Positions 24,437 to 36,294 are shown, counted from the whole stretch's first letter. The stretch is 63,953 nt of DNA, filler included, from Stramenopiles sp. TOSAG23-6 (GCA_900128565.1; 4 parts of 4 records of this genome joined end to end with filler, not necessarily neighbours in it), one strand, 5' to 3'. Numbers and translations: made by a program. Notes: generated from the letters alone by a model not told the origin.

Positions 24437-24540
24437 GTACATTTTATTTTTTTTCAATTTTGAATTTATTTTTTCATACGAAATTTCGTACCTAACAAAT
24501 TTAAGGTTTTTTTTTTTTGAAATATTTTTTCAAAATACAT
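24437..24540 (+). mobile_element. family intron, GT-AT, possible chimeric junction
   Basis: joins Zn-finger exon to GPCR TM7-like exon. Confidence 0.8.
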
Positions 24541-26348
24541 TCACTTTACGTGTGGATGGCAATATCTGTGCCTTCAATTGGATGGTTAAACGCTCTGGTG
24601 TATGGGCTTACAAATAAGCGTATTAGCCGAATGTACAATGATATGTTAAGACAATCATCGATGTATTCTGGTGCGTCTTCTAGATCGAGGGAAAGTGTAT
24701 GTTTTATTTTTTTTTTAACAAAAAAAACGATTTTTTTTTCGTACGAAATTTTGTACCTAACGATTTTAATGTTTGAAATATTTTTTCATAATCCATAGTC
24801 TTACTGAAGGTTTGTTGCAAAGACTTCCTCCAGGTTTAGAAGCAGCGCTTGCGTTAACTCCTAGTACTTCACATGAGCCTTATATTGAAAAAGAATTTGA
24901 CAGACGTCCTCTTACAACTAGTCGCCTGGCGAGTCATGGTACGTCAGATGATACTGTAGAGCTTGGACTTGGTCTATGTGAAGGAGTTGCAGCAGCTGTT
25001 GAAACTGGTAAATTAGTTTTAGGTAATGTTAGTCAAGAAAGTCAAAATGATGAACATTTAAATGAACATTTAAATGAACATTTAAATGAACATTTTATGA
25101 AAGATGGCGATAATAGTAGTGTTTATCGTGGCCATTCAATAACTAGATTTGCTAGTAATGAAGATGACCCAAACATAGGTCTTAATATAGACAATATGGT
25201 AGGCTTGAATAATAGAACAAGATTTCCAAGTATTTGTCGAACAACAACAAATACAAGTAATACATCAAATGAATTTCCAAGTATATGTCAAACAATGACA
25301 AATACAAATAATACAAATGTTTGTACTAGAAATGAAAACACAAATTGTTGTCCAAAACCAGATGTTGATAGTACTAATCTTCATAATGTACGTAGTAAAG
25401 ATAAATTTGTTGATAGTACTAATCTTCATAATGTACGTAGTAAAGATAAATTAGTCGAGGTTGGTGATACGAATTCAATTTCGAATGTACAAAGTGTTAC
25501 TGCTCTGGATAAAATGGATAAAATGTCGCCAGTGATACGATTTAGCCTTTGTAAAAAAGAAGAAACGAATAATGATAATGCATTGCCCTCGATTGCTACT
25601 GGTGTCCCAAAAAATGATTCTTTTAACTATGGTAATCCTTCAGATATTCTTGCTCTAGGTGGAATGAGCCGAGGAAATTCTATTCAGCAGATTGATTCTA
25701 ATTCGGATCTTACTAGTGTAAAATGTAATCAATACAAAAGCTTCAAAAGCAGTCGTCGTAAAAGTGGACCGTCAGGTGCTATGGCAAAATCTGGAGATAC
25801 TCTTATTCGTGTCACAAGTGAAAATAGCATTTCCACTCTTCCAAACAATCGACGTGTTAGTTTTAATCCAAAGTCATTGACTGAAAAACGAATTGATAAT
25901 GATAGAAATAGAAGAACATCAACACTATCGACGATTAGTGGATACTCAGGTGCAGCAATTAACACTCTTGGAAGAATTCGTGTTCGAAGTCGTGGGACGC
26001 ATTCAGGTTCAATGTATGTTTTATTTTTTTTTTTTTTACAAAAAATCGATTTTTTTTCGTACGTAATTTTGTACCTAACGAATATTTTTGGGAAATATTT
26101 TTCCAAAATACATGTATTCTAGTGATACACCGAAATCGAATAAATCGAAAAAAAGTAAGCGATATTCCGTCAGTCGACAAAAATATCGGTCACAATCACG
26201 ATATAGTTCTCGATTAGGCTCTGATGAATTTGAAGCCAATTTAAGAAATGAATTGAATCCTCTTGATTTAGTGGCTGGGTTAAATTTAGAGATTTCACCC
26301 AAGAAAAATAATCTGAAAAGAAAGGATATACATATTGCTAGTGAATGA
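24541..26348 (+). CDS. C-terminal part of a cAMP-receptor/GCR1-like GPCR (TM7 + long tail)
   Basis: VPSIGWLNALVYGLTNKRI resembles TM7/helix 8; two family introns restore frame; TM1-6 absent. Confidence 0.55.
24697..24796 (+). mobile_element. family intron, GT-AT
   Basis: GTATG...CATAATCCAT|AG; the adjacent AG is out of frame. Confidence 0.8.
26014..26113 (+). mobile_element. family intron, GT-AT
   Basis: AT|GTATG...CAAAATACAT|; frame restored. Confidence 0.85.
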
Positions 26349-26669
26349 AAAATTAGGGTTTAGGGTTCATGTTCGTGTTTCTGTTGTGACACGTGTATAT
26401 AAAACAGAAAAAAAACAGTCTTACCTACTTGTTTTTTTGAATATAAAATAGTAAAATTTATTCATTTTATTATTGAGAATGACAACTGTAAAATCTCTCA
26501 ATCAAAATATCTCGCGGTCGATTTTATTATTTCGTGAACATTTATTTCGATTTCGATTTTTTTTAATTTTGATTTTCGGATGGCAAATTTGCTACTTCGT
26601 TAACTACTAGCTAGTTGTAGTAGGTCTACAATTAGTAAAATAAAATAAATAACCTAATTTTATTTAGCC

Positions 26670-28385
26670 ATGGGTTCTGGCAGAGAACGCATTTTCCTAG
26701 ATAGTACAGTATCCAAGTTTTTGTCGCATTTAGTAAGTCACAGTCGGTGCAGTCAAGTTGGTTTTCTGATTGGTCAAAAAGTAGATAGCAACGTGTTTGT
26801 TGTTCATGTTGTTCTTCTAAAGAAATCACATTTCAAAACCAAGGATACTCTACTACATATAGTATCGGATGTTAATGTATCTTTGCCGGGTGGATTATCT
26901 ATTGTTGGTATTTTTATTCTTGATACTGTAGGAAGTACTGTTCCAGTGAGTGTTGTGGGTGATTTTGTTCAAAAGTGTTCAGAACCATCTGATCCATCCT
27001 TATTTACTGAATCTTTAGTAGTGCTTCGAAAGATAACAAAGTCTCACAAATATACCTGCCGTATATATAGGGGAAATATAGATAGTTATCCTATTGATTT
27101 CAAAGTTCAAGATTGTCTTGATGATTTTCAAGCCTTTCGGTGTAAAATTAATTTTTGCGAAGTTGTTGTTTTGCCTCACAATGTCAACTTTACACCTAAA
27201 AATTCTTTAGAAAAGCAAAACTTACAAAGCACGATTCAAACGAGTGTGTATAATGCAATATCACCAACTTTGGATTCTTTGGTATTTAGAGTATCTGGAG
27301 AACTAAACACAAATATAGAAACAAAAGTTTCAGAGCTCAGTCCAGCTAAGCATAAATTGTTTGAAAATGATATTTTTGATTCTAAAGGACTCTGTCATAC
27401 ACTCTGTCATACTTTAGATGTATTTTCCCGTGGATTGTATGGTGTTATTAATAGTGTTTCAATACATTCAAATAAGGGAATTATTGTCCAAATATGGCTG
27501 GCTCATCCTGTCATTTTTTGGTTGCATAAAAGTCAAAAAATATCAAAAGCTTCAGCTCTTGCTCTACGCCAGGATATGTGTACGTTGTTTTGTTTTCATT
27601 TCCAATATTGATTTTTTTTCATAAAAAAATTGTACCAAACGATTTTTTTTAAACTTTAAAAAAAAATATTTGTTCACAATGTATATCGATCCGTGAGTGA
27701 ACGCTTGCGTATTCTATTTATATCAAACACGTGGGCAAAATGCTCTTACAAAGGCTTGAAGATATCATTACCGTGTAGAAGTTATTTTGAATTACCTTAT
27801 CTAGATTCTTCACAAATAAAACAACGAATGTTTGGCATATTTTATAATGATTCAAGCGCTAACCCTAGTGACAGTGTTTCTATTGTAATGGGTTCTACTA
27901 TGTTAGGATATACAGATTCATGTGTTTCATATAGTATGGAAATACCATTAGCTGGTGAAAATTTTAATACTGTTGCATCATCTGTGTGTGCAGTGCTACT
28001 TAGTCAATATTGGCAGTCTAATCTTTGTGTTGATGATGAAAAAAAAAAAAAAAAAATGATACATTTTAAAAAGAAAATGACAATGAACAACGTAAAAAAT
28101 ATAAAGAATTATGATGATAATGATGATTGGAATTTTGAAAATGTTGATTTTGATCGGTGTGATAATGAGGAAGAGCAGAAGAAAGAACTAGAAGATATTA
28201 ATTTGGATGCTGAAGTGGAAAGATTATTGAGGGAAGAGGATGAAGCAAATGCGACGAAAGTAAAGGAAAACACGACACGAGGAGATCATTATAGCAGTTC
28301 TTCTAGTATATTTATTGTCGGTGCATTATTTGTTTGTACTCTTGCTATTATATTTGAAAGTTTGGGCGTGGTTAATTTCATCTGA
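26670..28385 (+). CDS. ODR4: ODR-4-like tail-anchored protein, 2 exons
   Basis: VGFLIGQ, LPGGLSIVGIF, ALRQDM|YRSVSERL, LPCR, C-terminal TM. Confidence 0.7.
27580..27684 (+). mobile_element. family intron, GT-AT
   Basis: GTACGTTG...CACAATGTAT|; frame restored. Confidence 0.8.
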
Positions 28386-28455
28386 TTTGATTCTTGGTGT
28401 GTTTGGTTTTCCTTTATAAATTATATTTTATAATAATATATATATGCAAAATGAT

Positions 28456-31400
28456 TTATTTTATACCAGCTACTTTCAGTGGTGGTAAATTATTGTTTGC
28501 TATTTCGTCTGTTTCTGGCTCTTGTGGGTCTTCTTCATTCAAATCACTGCAAGATTCAACTTCATCATCATCGTCGTTTGTGTAAAGACCCGCTTCTTTC
28601 TTCAATGCTCTTACAAACTCTTTCATGTCAATATCTCCACTGTTATCAGTGTCGTATGATTGAAAATCTTTTGCATTGCCGATTCCAGAGGCAATAAAAT
28701 CATCTAATGATAGAGTTCCACTTACGTTGACCATACTTAAAAACTTTTCTTTGGCCTCAAGTTTTACAATTCTATATTTTAAATCTCGGACTAATTGAAC
28801 AAACTTTGCTGCATCACCTCGGGACATCAGAGGACCATCCTCGCCATCCATATCAACTGGACTGAGTTCCAATGCTCTAGTCGTATCAATTCGCATATTA
28901 ATGATATCATCTTCATATTTAGATAACCCATTTCGCGTCATGAACTTTGCCAAATCAGTAGCATTCCAAAGCGCGGGATTTCGTGGTGTAACACGTTTCT
29001 TCTTCCTAACTACAACAACAACACTATCTTTCCCGTCATCTTTATCACCACCAACAGGTGTATTTTCAACAACATCCTCCATTTCTTCATCGCGAAGTAG
29101 ACCCAACCCTTTGCGCAAGAATGCTGATGGCTGCCATTTTTTCTTTCCGCTACTTATATGTCCTCCTTTCCTACCCTGTGTTCGTGTTCGGTCTTTCTCA
29201 TTATACAACTGGCTATACATCAATCTCTGCCTATTCACTGATCCTATACTCCAATTAGATTTATCTTGGGAAGGTAACGTTGGCGCCGACGCTTGTTGGT
29301 GTAAAGAAGGTCCATAAGTTTCCTCACCTTCCAGTAGGTCTTGATACTCAATAAGTTTTCGAGTTTCAGGTGATGCTTTCGCTAGCATATTTATTTTTGC
29401 TTGTTTCTTTTCGTTGATGTATTTCTTTCGTGCCAATTCTTCGCGCTTTAATGTAGCTTCCCATTCAATATCAGCCGCATTCTTCTTAAATGTCTCACAA
29501 CCAAATATCTGTGCTACTACACGAGTCCGCTCTCGCGCATGTATTTTGTAAAAATATTTCAAATTGTTTTTTGTTAGGTACAAAATTTCGTACGAAAAAA
29601 AATCGAAATTGAAAAAAAAAAAACATACATGAGAAAGAGTTCTTGGAGTTGGTTCTTCAATCTTTCCACCACCCAATGATTTGTAGCTGTTTGATAATTC
29701 TGCTGCAGTGTGTAACCCATATGTTTCTTGAGGAGTTTCGACATCCTTCATTACACCTTTTACTTTATCGCCAAGATTTTCAACCAGCTCAAGCATTTTC
29801 TTAGCCCTGATTTCTTTTTCTTGTTTTCGAATTTCAGCATTCGCATCGAAATTCCAGTCTTTCGAGTCAGCTCCATGTAAATTTGGAGTATCAATTTTCC
29901 CTAATGCTGCGCCACACAATGAAGAAGATCTTCCTACTGTCCATAACTTTATCGTACAATCGCTTGATGTAGTTACAATTGTTGGTTTTGGTGAACAATA
30001 CACTCGTAGATCGCAAATTGATGATTCATGCCCTTGCCATTTTGCCATTACTTGACATGTCAGTTTCGCCGTTGTAGCTGGGTCTTGAGTTTTTGAATAG
30101 TCCCCTCTCCCGTTGTGTGACATATCTCGACGACACAAACTACGTGCAAAATAGTTGTGATCATTATGCCGCGGCCAAATCGATAATCCAAGATCACGAA
30201 TAACCATAGAAAGGTTCAAGCATCGAACCCATCCATTCGAATCTGCAACGCACAACACATGTATTCCTGCATGAACACCTGGTGAAATTTGTCTTCCACC
30301 TTCTGGTGAGTAAAATATATCCATTGCTGTGATTCCTACGCCACTTGCTTTATTACTTGATCTTCGTCTACTTGAATCGCCTTTCGGGCTTAAAATGCCA
30401 TAGCATTTACCTTTAGAAATACGACACGCCCATAACCAAATCCGCCCTTCAGAGTCAGCAGCGGCAACTAGTGGGTACGGATCAATGAATTTTACAGCTG
30501 TTATCTCTGCATCGGCTACCCGTCTGGGACATGGGTCTTCTACAATACAACTCTCAAAGTCCCACGTTTGCAAGCTTCCATCAGAACTTCCCGATGCAAT
30601 CAAAGATAAATTTCGCGAATGGTCAATACAAGTTATATCACCAGTATGAGCTTCTTTCACTTCACGAAGAAGTTCGGCTCGATCAACGGGTAGATCATTC
30701 CATACTCTAATTGAATGATCCCAAGATGCTGAAATAAAAACAGCGTCTCCACGACAATATACCAACGCACTAACTTCTGAATTATGTTTCATTTCTGCGC
30801 GCTTCATTCGTACTCCATTAACACAATTATTTATTGAAATTTCCCCTTCTACAGTACCAAATATATATTTTCTCTGTCTATCATCAAAGCACATTGCGGA
30901 TATAGAAGAAGAAACAACATTCTTATATTCCTCTAATAATGATCCATCCACTGAACTCCAAACTCTTAAATCGTGTCCTATCGGAGCGACAAAATTCATG
31001 AGAGTATCATTATAATGACCTGCTGAAGGAATAATACTCGTTGCATGTATAATCTTTGTCTTGAAGAAGTGCACCACATCTGATGCAATACACAACAAAG
31101 GGTCGCCAGCTCCCCAACGTCCTGGTATGATGCACATAGATCGAGGATGGAAACGCATACTTTTTGCTGCACATACATCTGAACCAAAAGCTTGAAGGCA
31201 CCTCTCAGAATCTAATATTGAGGAATCCAGTCGAACATCCCACCAGCGAACATGACCCTCTGTATCAACAGAATATGCAAAATGTGATTCTGCATCAGCA
31301 ACAACAGCGCATAGAGAATGATCGTGTTGATCTGGAGTATCTCGACCTAATACAAATAAAGGTTCAAAAGAAGCACCAGAGATATCCCATGCAAAAATGT

Positions 31401-32439
31401 CAAAGTCATAACCTGCGGATAAAACTACTCCATTTCCTGCATATGATATAGAGCGCACCCCCATTGCATGACCAAACCTAGCTCCTCGCCACTTATTGTC
31501 ATTAAGTCCCCAAATATGAACAGCTTTATCAAGTGCTGCACTGATAAGTATACGATACTCTTCTACTAAGATGAGATCAGTAATCATCTCATTATGTTTG
31601 TTCATTGTTTGGTACATTTTTGCAGAACAAGAACCAACACCAACCGTAATTTTCCACGCAAATATGCTAGAACCACTGCCAGATGTATATAATGTTTTTG
31701 TGGCTCCATGCCAACATAAGTGATACATTGTCTGTTTAAATCGGATTTGACCTAATTTTTTGACCACTTCTTCTTTAGTGTTGTCATTTAGATTGTGGTT
31801 TGGAGAAAAAATGCTCATATCCCAAAATGACAATGTCATATCATCCGATGTTATACATAAAACATTAAAATCGGGCAGATAAACACAGTCAATTGCAGTG
31901 GTATTTCCATTACTGCTGGAATTCTCAGGAGTATATAAGTCTAACTCATGAACTAAGTTCATACGGTAAAACTTTTGTCCAGTTTCCAGGGCGGAAGCGT
32001 AAATCGAATCAGGACCCATGTGATAGGGATCATATATTTTTATTGATTTGTGCCCTCCTTCACAACAAATAAGCTTCTGTAACTCTTTAATGTAACACAT
32101 TTTTGATATAAAACCACCGTGGTGGACTGGATCTAAAGCTGTAGAATCTTCAATAAACTTTTTGTTAAGGTCGTCACCTCGGCCTAAACGCAGACCGGTT
32201 TCTATACAGAAGCTCGAAAACTCTTCCCACTCCATTAGCTTATTATCATTCACGTCCACCTGATCAAATAACTCAATTAAACGAATGGTTAGTTCTTTTT
32301 TATTGAGCTCACTGGAGCCTTCAAGAATGTTGAGCATAGCTCCAACAAATTGTGCGCACTGAAGTCCTTTTTCAAATTTTTCAAAGCGAGTTCGAAGTGC
32401 TGTGAGTTCTGCCGTATTCAGCAACGTCATTATTTCCAT
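28456..32439 (-). CDS. EF-hand + WD40 repeat protein (WDR49/EFCAB8-like) with C-terminal SAM-like and EF-hand regions; one hidden intron
   Basis: LFDQVDVNDNKLMEWEEF; many GH/WD repeats; DTDNSGDIDMKEF. Confidence 0.8.
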   Translation of the reverse strand: MEIMTLLNTAELTALRTRFEKFEKGLQCAQFVGAMLNILEGSSELNKKELTIRLIELFDQVDVNDNKLMEWEEFSSFCIETGLRLGRGDDLNKKFIEDSTALDPVHHGGFISKMCYIKELQKLICCEGGHKSIKIYDPYHMGPDSIYASALETGQKFYRMNLVHELDLYTPENSSSNGNTTAIDCVYLPDFNVLCITSDDMTLSFWDMSIFSPNHNLNDNTKEEVVKKLGQIRFKQTMYHLCWHGATKTLYTSGSGSSIFAWKITVGVGSCSAKMYQTMNKHNEMITDLILVEEYRILISAALDKAVHIWGLNDNKWRGARFGHAMGVRSISYAGNGVVLSAGYDFDIFAWDISGASFEPLFVLGRDTPDQHDHSLCAVVADAESHFAYSVDTEGHVRWWDVRLDSSILDSERCLQAFGSDVCAAKSMRFHPRSMCIIPGRWGAGDPLLCIASDVVHFFKTKIIHATSIIPSAGHYNDTLMNFVAPIGHDLRVWSSVDGSLLEEYKNVVSSSISAMCFDDRQRKYIFGTVEGEISINNCVNGVRMKRAEMKHNSEVSALVYCRGDAVFISASWDHSIRVWNDLPVDRAELLREVKEAHTGDITCIDHSRNLSLIASGSSDGSLQTWDFESCIVEDPCPRRVADAEITAVKFIDPYPLVAAADSEGRIWLWACRISKGKCYGILSPKGDSSRRRSSNKASGVGITAMDIFYSPEGGRQISPGVHAGIHVLCVADSNGWVRCLNLSMVIRDLGLSIWPRHNDHNYFARSLCRRDMSHNGRGDYSKTQDPATTAKLTCQVMAKWQGHESSICDLRVYCSPKPTIVTTSSDCTIKLWTVGRSSSLCGAALGKIDTPNLHGADSKDWNFDANAEIRKQEKEIRAKKMLELVENLGDKVKGVMKDVETPQETYGLHTAAELSNSYKSLGGGKIEEPTPRTLSHVCFFFFNFDFFSYEILYLTKNNLKYFYKIHARERTRVVAQIFGCETFKKNAADIEWEATLKREELARKKYINEKKQAKINMLAKASPETRKLIEYQDLLEGEETYGPSLHQQASAPTLPSQDKSNWSIGSVNRQRLMYSQLYNEKDRTRTQGRKGGHISSGKKKWQPSAFLRKGLGLLRDEEMEDVVENTPVGGDKDDGKDSVVVVVRKKKRVTPRNPALWNATDLAKFMTRNGLSKYEDDIINMRIDTTRALELSPVDMDGEDGPLMSRGDAAKFVQLVRDLKYRIVKLEAKEKFLSMVNVSGTLSLDDFIASGIGNAKDFQSYDTDNSGDIDMKEFVRALKKEAGLYTNDDDDEVESCSDLNEEDPQEPETDEIANNNLPPLKVAGIK
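29539..29628 (-). mobile_element. family intron, GT-AT (90 nt, stopless in frame)
   Basis: AT|GTATG...CAAAATACAT|; reads as VCFFFF...YEILYLT...KIH in ORF track. Confidence 0.85.
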
Positions 32440-32732
32440 CGCTCACTTGAGGTATAAGTAGGAAATATGACCTAGATTTGGAAATTATTCACAATACTGC
32501 CTTGGCTTGCATGATATATTGCTTTAAAGATACTAACTATATCATACGCGTGTTGAGGTAACTGTCAGTTTCAAAGCCTCCAACTAGCTAGGGTTAGGGT
32601 TACGAGGTTCAGTCAAAAAAATCTCGATTCAAAGAAGCCATCAATATTATTTTGCCAATATTTTAGTTTATGATCTCGATCAAATTTTATATAAAGTGAA
32701 ACAAATAGTTCTTTGCGAAGGTCACAATAAAG

Positions 32733-33281
32733 ATGGTTAATGATAATATCCTTGTAAAAGCTACGGAAGCTTTTGTACGGAAAGAACTTGCAAATAATGA
32801 TGCTTCCCACGATTTCTCACATATTGCACGTGTACGTGCCACCGCTCTGTCTCTTGGGATCAAGGAGAAACTTAGCCCTGAAGACTTACAGGAAGTAGAA
32901 ATTAGTTCTTTATTGCACGATATTGATGATTGGAAATATTCTGGTTCTGAGTTTGCAGGATCTAAAAAAGCTTCTGATTTTCTAAAGAAGCAAGGTTGTT
33001 CTGATGAAAAATGCAAAAGAATTGCATACATAATTCAGCGTATACGTTTTCAAAATTGAATTTTTACCTAATTTTTTTTTTCTACCAAATTTTGTACCTA
33101 ACTATTTTTTTAAAACCAAAAAAAAATATTTTTCGTTATACGTGTAAGTTTTCACGATGAACTTGGTCGCACTATTGAAGAAAAAGAATTATTAGAAAAA
33201 GATAAGGTATTGTGTATTGTTCAAGATGCCGACAGGCTTGATGCAATAGGCGCAATTGGAATTGCCCGATGCTTCACTTAT
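32733..33281 (+). CDS. HD-domain phosphohydrolase (YedJ-like), 3' part missing
   Basis: SHDFSHIARV, LLHDIDDWKY, then after intron VSFHDEL...VQDADRLDAIGAIGIARCFTY. Confidence 0.9.
33042..33143 (+). mobile_element. family intron, AT-GT (equivalently GT-AC at 33040-33141)
   Basis: GT|ATACGTTTT...TTATACGT|; restores IIQR|VSF. Confidence 0.8.
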
Positions 33282-33372
33282 GTATGTTTTATTTTTTTTC
33301 AATTTCAAATTTATTTTTCATACGAAATTTTGTACCTAACGATTTTTTTTTAAATATTTTTCCAAAATACAT
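33282..33372 (+). mobile_element. family intron, GT-AT, possible chimeric junction
   Basis: consensus-like copy; downstream does not continue the HD family sequence. Confidence 0.8.
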
Positions 33373-33527
33373 CTCCTACAGCTAATGAATGTTTGCAATT
33401 CGGCACAGTTGCAACATATGGGAAAATTCCTAAATAAAAATTCAACATCATAAAATTCTAAAATATAAAATGTAAATGTTAGTATTTTATTTGTACTCGT
33501 TATTTTTTTTATTTTTTTAGTTATGAA

Positions 33528-33627
33528 NNNNNNNNNNNNNNNNNNNNNNNNNNNNNNNNNNNNNNNNNNNNTTAATTAATTAANNNNNNNNNNNNNNNNN
33601 NNNNNNNNNNNNNNNNNNNNNNNNNNN
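33528..33627. other. artificial contig linker
   Basis: 100-nt N run with TTAATTAATTAA. Confidence 0.97.
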
Positions 33628-33882
33628 GTGTTTAGTGTGTATTTAACCATTTAAGTATGAGCCGGTAATATTATAATATATATTGTGTGAGTACTTGCCA
33701 TGTTTGTTCCATTTGTAGTAGAAGTGTTTTCAAAACACTTCTTTCATAAATATTTTTTTTCGTTACAAAATTTCGTACTTATTTTTTCAAAAATGACGTC
33801 ATTTTTTCAATCGGAAAGCTATTTTTTTGATACCGTATACTTTCAGAAGTGTTTTTAAAACACTTCTTAACACAACAACAGT

Positions 33883-34548
33883 ATGAAGTACTTTATGATT
33901 CTTATGTTATTGTTTTGTGTGTGTTGGTTTAATGCTTCCGCACAACCAATTCATAATGGCTCAAATTGCAGTTCCGATGATGACACATCATCAGATTATT
34001 TCCCAGATTCAGTTTCAGAAAATGAAACAGAAAGTAATTCAGAAATGACTATGGACATGGACGAAGATGTGGTTATTGAAGATGAAACAAGTCGTTTTGA
34101 AGAGTATGCCGCAATATGTGAAAGAACACCATATCTTTATTATTATTATAATCCGTTAACAAGAAGAAAGCCAGTTATTGAATTCAAAGTAAACAGAAAT
34201 GGTGAAACTATTTCCTTCCGCTTCAATCCAAATAGAAGAGGAATGGAAAATGCACTTCGGACAAGAAATATATTCCAATTGAACGGACGAGATGCTGCAG
34301 AGCAGCATTATATGAGAGTGTATCCTCAGGGAAGAAGATTTGAACACCAAACTATGAATCCATTGCCGCAATCTTGTGTCTTGAGAAGACGAAATACGAT
34401 TATCGCAATTGTCGATGACGCAAGTCCACAATACTATATAATAAAAACACAAACACGTACAATAGCAACATATCAACGTAATCTCAAATCATATACCAAT
34501 AACTTCAAACGAACAAAAACACAAAAACGTATTTACAACAAAAAATAA
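33883..34548 (+). CDS. hypothetical protein with signal-peptide-like N-terminus and acidic tract
   Basis: 221-aa ATG ORF. Confidence 0.5.
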   Translation: MKYFMILMLLFCVCWFNASAQPIHNGSNCSSDDDTSSDYFPDSVSENETESNSEMTMDMDEDVVIEDETSRFEEYAAICERTPYLYYYYNPLTRRKPVIEFKVNRNGETISFRFNPNRRGMENALRTRNIFQLNGRDAAEQHYMRVYPQGRRFEHQTMNPLPQSCVLRRRNTIIAIVDDASPQYYIIKTQTRTIATYQRNLKSYTNNFKRTKTQKRIYNKK

Positions 34549-35114
34549 AACACATTTACAAACCAAATTTACATTAAACTACTACGTATTTTCAACATCA
34601 CAAACGTACTTGTTGTAATATTTTCTTCATATATATATATATATATCATTGTATACGTCCAAAATAAACTATATATACATACCTATTCTTATCTATACTT
34701 CAATGTATAACATTCTACACAACCTTTTAATACAACAACACCAACGTACAAACGAATTCAGCAGCTACTACAAACAAAAAAAGTAAAAGACAATTTCACG
34801 TATACTCATAATACAATAATACTTTATATTTATCAATGTATCATATAATCAAGGATATATATCATTTATCAATAATAACACACTTCATTCTTGTCACAAA
34901 AACCATGTATACATTCTTTACTTGTAAAAAGTAAAAAATCTTTTATTATATACAGAATTTTAAGCCAACCCCACAGATTCCCCCCCCGCAGCGCGTCTAC
35001 ACGCGGTGCAAAAAAGAGATTTTGACTCCTGAAGTCAAAAGTCAATTTGCCATTTGTGAACAAGTGTTCCATTTTTTTGGATAAACCAACTTCGGATTAT
35101 TTCTTCGACAAGCA

Positions 35115-36272
35115 ATGGTTACCACATCTCGTTTAATGATTCGCAGTGATGCGAATTTATCTGGAAATATACATGGTGGTACAATCCTGAAAATGATTGA
35201 AGAGGCTGCATATGTTGCGTGTGTCAAATTTTTGTCAAAGTCCACAACTGCAAAGCAAGATGAAATAAGAGGAGTTTTGCTTGCTGGAATATGGCACGTT
35301 GACTTCGACGCCCCAATGTTTGTTGGTGAGTTATCTCATGTAGAAGCTAGTGTTGTATATACATCTTTGGGCAGTACTATAGATATTGTTGTGAACGTCA
35401 CTGCAGAGAACCTTCGGACTAAAAGTTTACGTAAAACAAATACTGCACGGCTTTCGTATGTTCATGTAGATTGTTGTTCACTGAAACCGGTAAAAGTTCC
35501 TTCCCTAAATATGACTACGGAATCAAAGGAAGCAGGAGAGACTCATCATACGAAGAAAAAAGCTCTTCGTTTATCTTTGGAGTATGATTTGCAGAAAATG
35601 ATGTTCTCAGAAGAAGTTAGCAAATCCAAAACAACTCTTTGTGAGATAGTAAGTTCACAAGATTGTATCAATGTAGATGTCACAACTCAAGGCCCTTCGA
35701 CTGTTTTTCTAAACGTGAAAAATCAACATGAAGAATCAAATGATAAAAATCAACATGAAGAATCAAATGATAAAAATCAACATGAAGAATCAAAGGGTCT
35801 CGGTATTCTTAGAGGTGGTTTTATTATGAAATTGATGGATAATGCAGCTGGTATTGCAGCTTACAAACATTGCAAAACGAATATTGTAACTGCGTGTATT
35901 GATCATCTCAACTTTCATGTCCCCATATATGCAGGAAACGTCTTACACGTAACATCTGTTCCAATTTTTGCATCCTCTCGTTCTCTTCAAATTTTAGTTG
36001 TTGTTATGGCTGAAGACTTGATTACAAGACGTAAATTCAAGGCAGTCACTGGCATTTTTACATTTGTAAGTTTAGGAGAAAATCGAAATCCTTTGACTAT
36101 CACACAACTTACTCCTGAAACATTGGATGAGAAGACTTTGTATCAATTTGGTAAAGTGCAGTATGAAGTGCAAAAAGAAAAAAGAAGGAAATCAAATGGA
36201 GGGAATAATAATAAAAAAAGAAAATCAGATGAAAAAGAAATGGAAATAGGAAGGAAAGCAAGAAGAGTATAA
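35115..36272 (+). CDS. double hot-dog acyl-CoA thioesterase (ACOT7-like)
   Basis: DANLSGNIHGGTILKMIEEA; GGFIMKLMDNAAGIAAYKHCKTNIVTACID; 27-bp tandem insert. Confidence 0.9.
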   Translation: MVTTSRLMIRSDANLSGNIHGGTILKMIEEAAYVACVKFLSKSTTAKQDEIRGVLLAGIWHVDFDAPMFVGELSHVEASVVYTSLGSTIDIVVNVTAENLRTKSLRKTNTARLSYVHVDCCSLKPVKVPSLNMTTESKEAGETHHTKKKALRLSLEYDLQKMMFSEEVSKSKTTLCEIVSSQDCINVDVTTQGPSTVFLNVKNQHEESNDKNQHEESNDKNQHEESKGLGILRGGFIMKLMDNAAGIAAYKHCKTNIVTACIDHLNFHVPIYAGNVLHVTSVPIFASSRSLQILVVVMAEDLITRRKFKAVTGIFTFVSLGENRNPLTITQLTPETLDEKTLYQFGKVQYEVQKEKRRKSNGGNNNKKRKSDEKEMEIGRKARRV

Positions 36273-36294
36273 TATAAAAAAGAATAACAGACTG

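Noticed and set aside
26353-26368. Short TTAGGG/TTTAGGG runs (also ~32589, ~42223, ~59118)
   Set aside because: Only about two units each; too short to call telomeric or functional.
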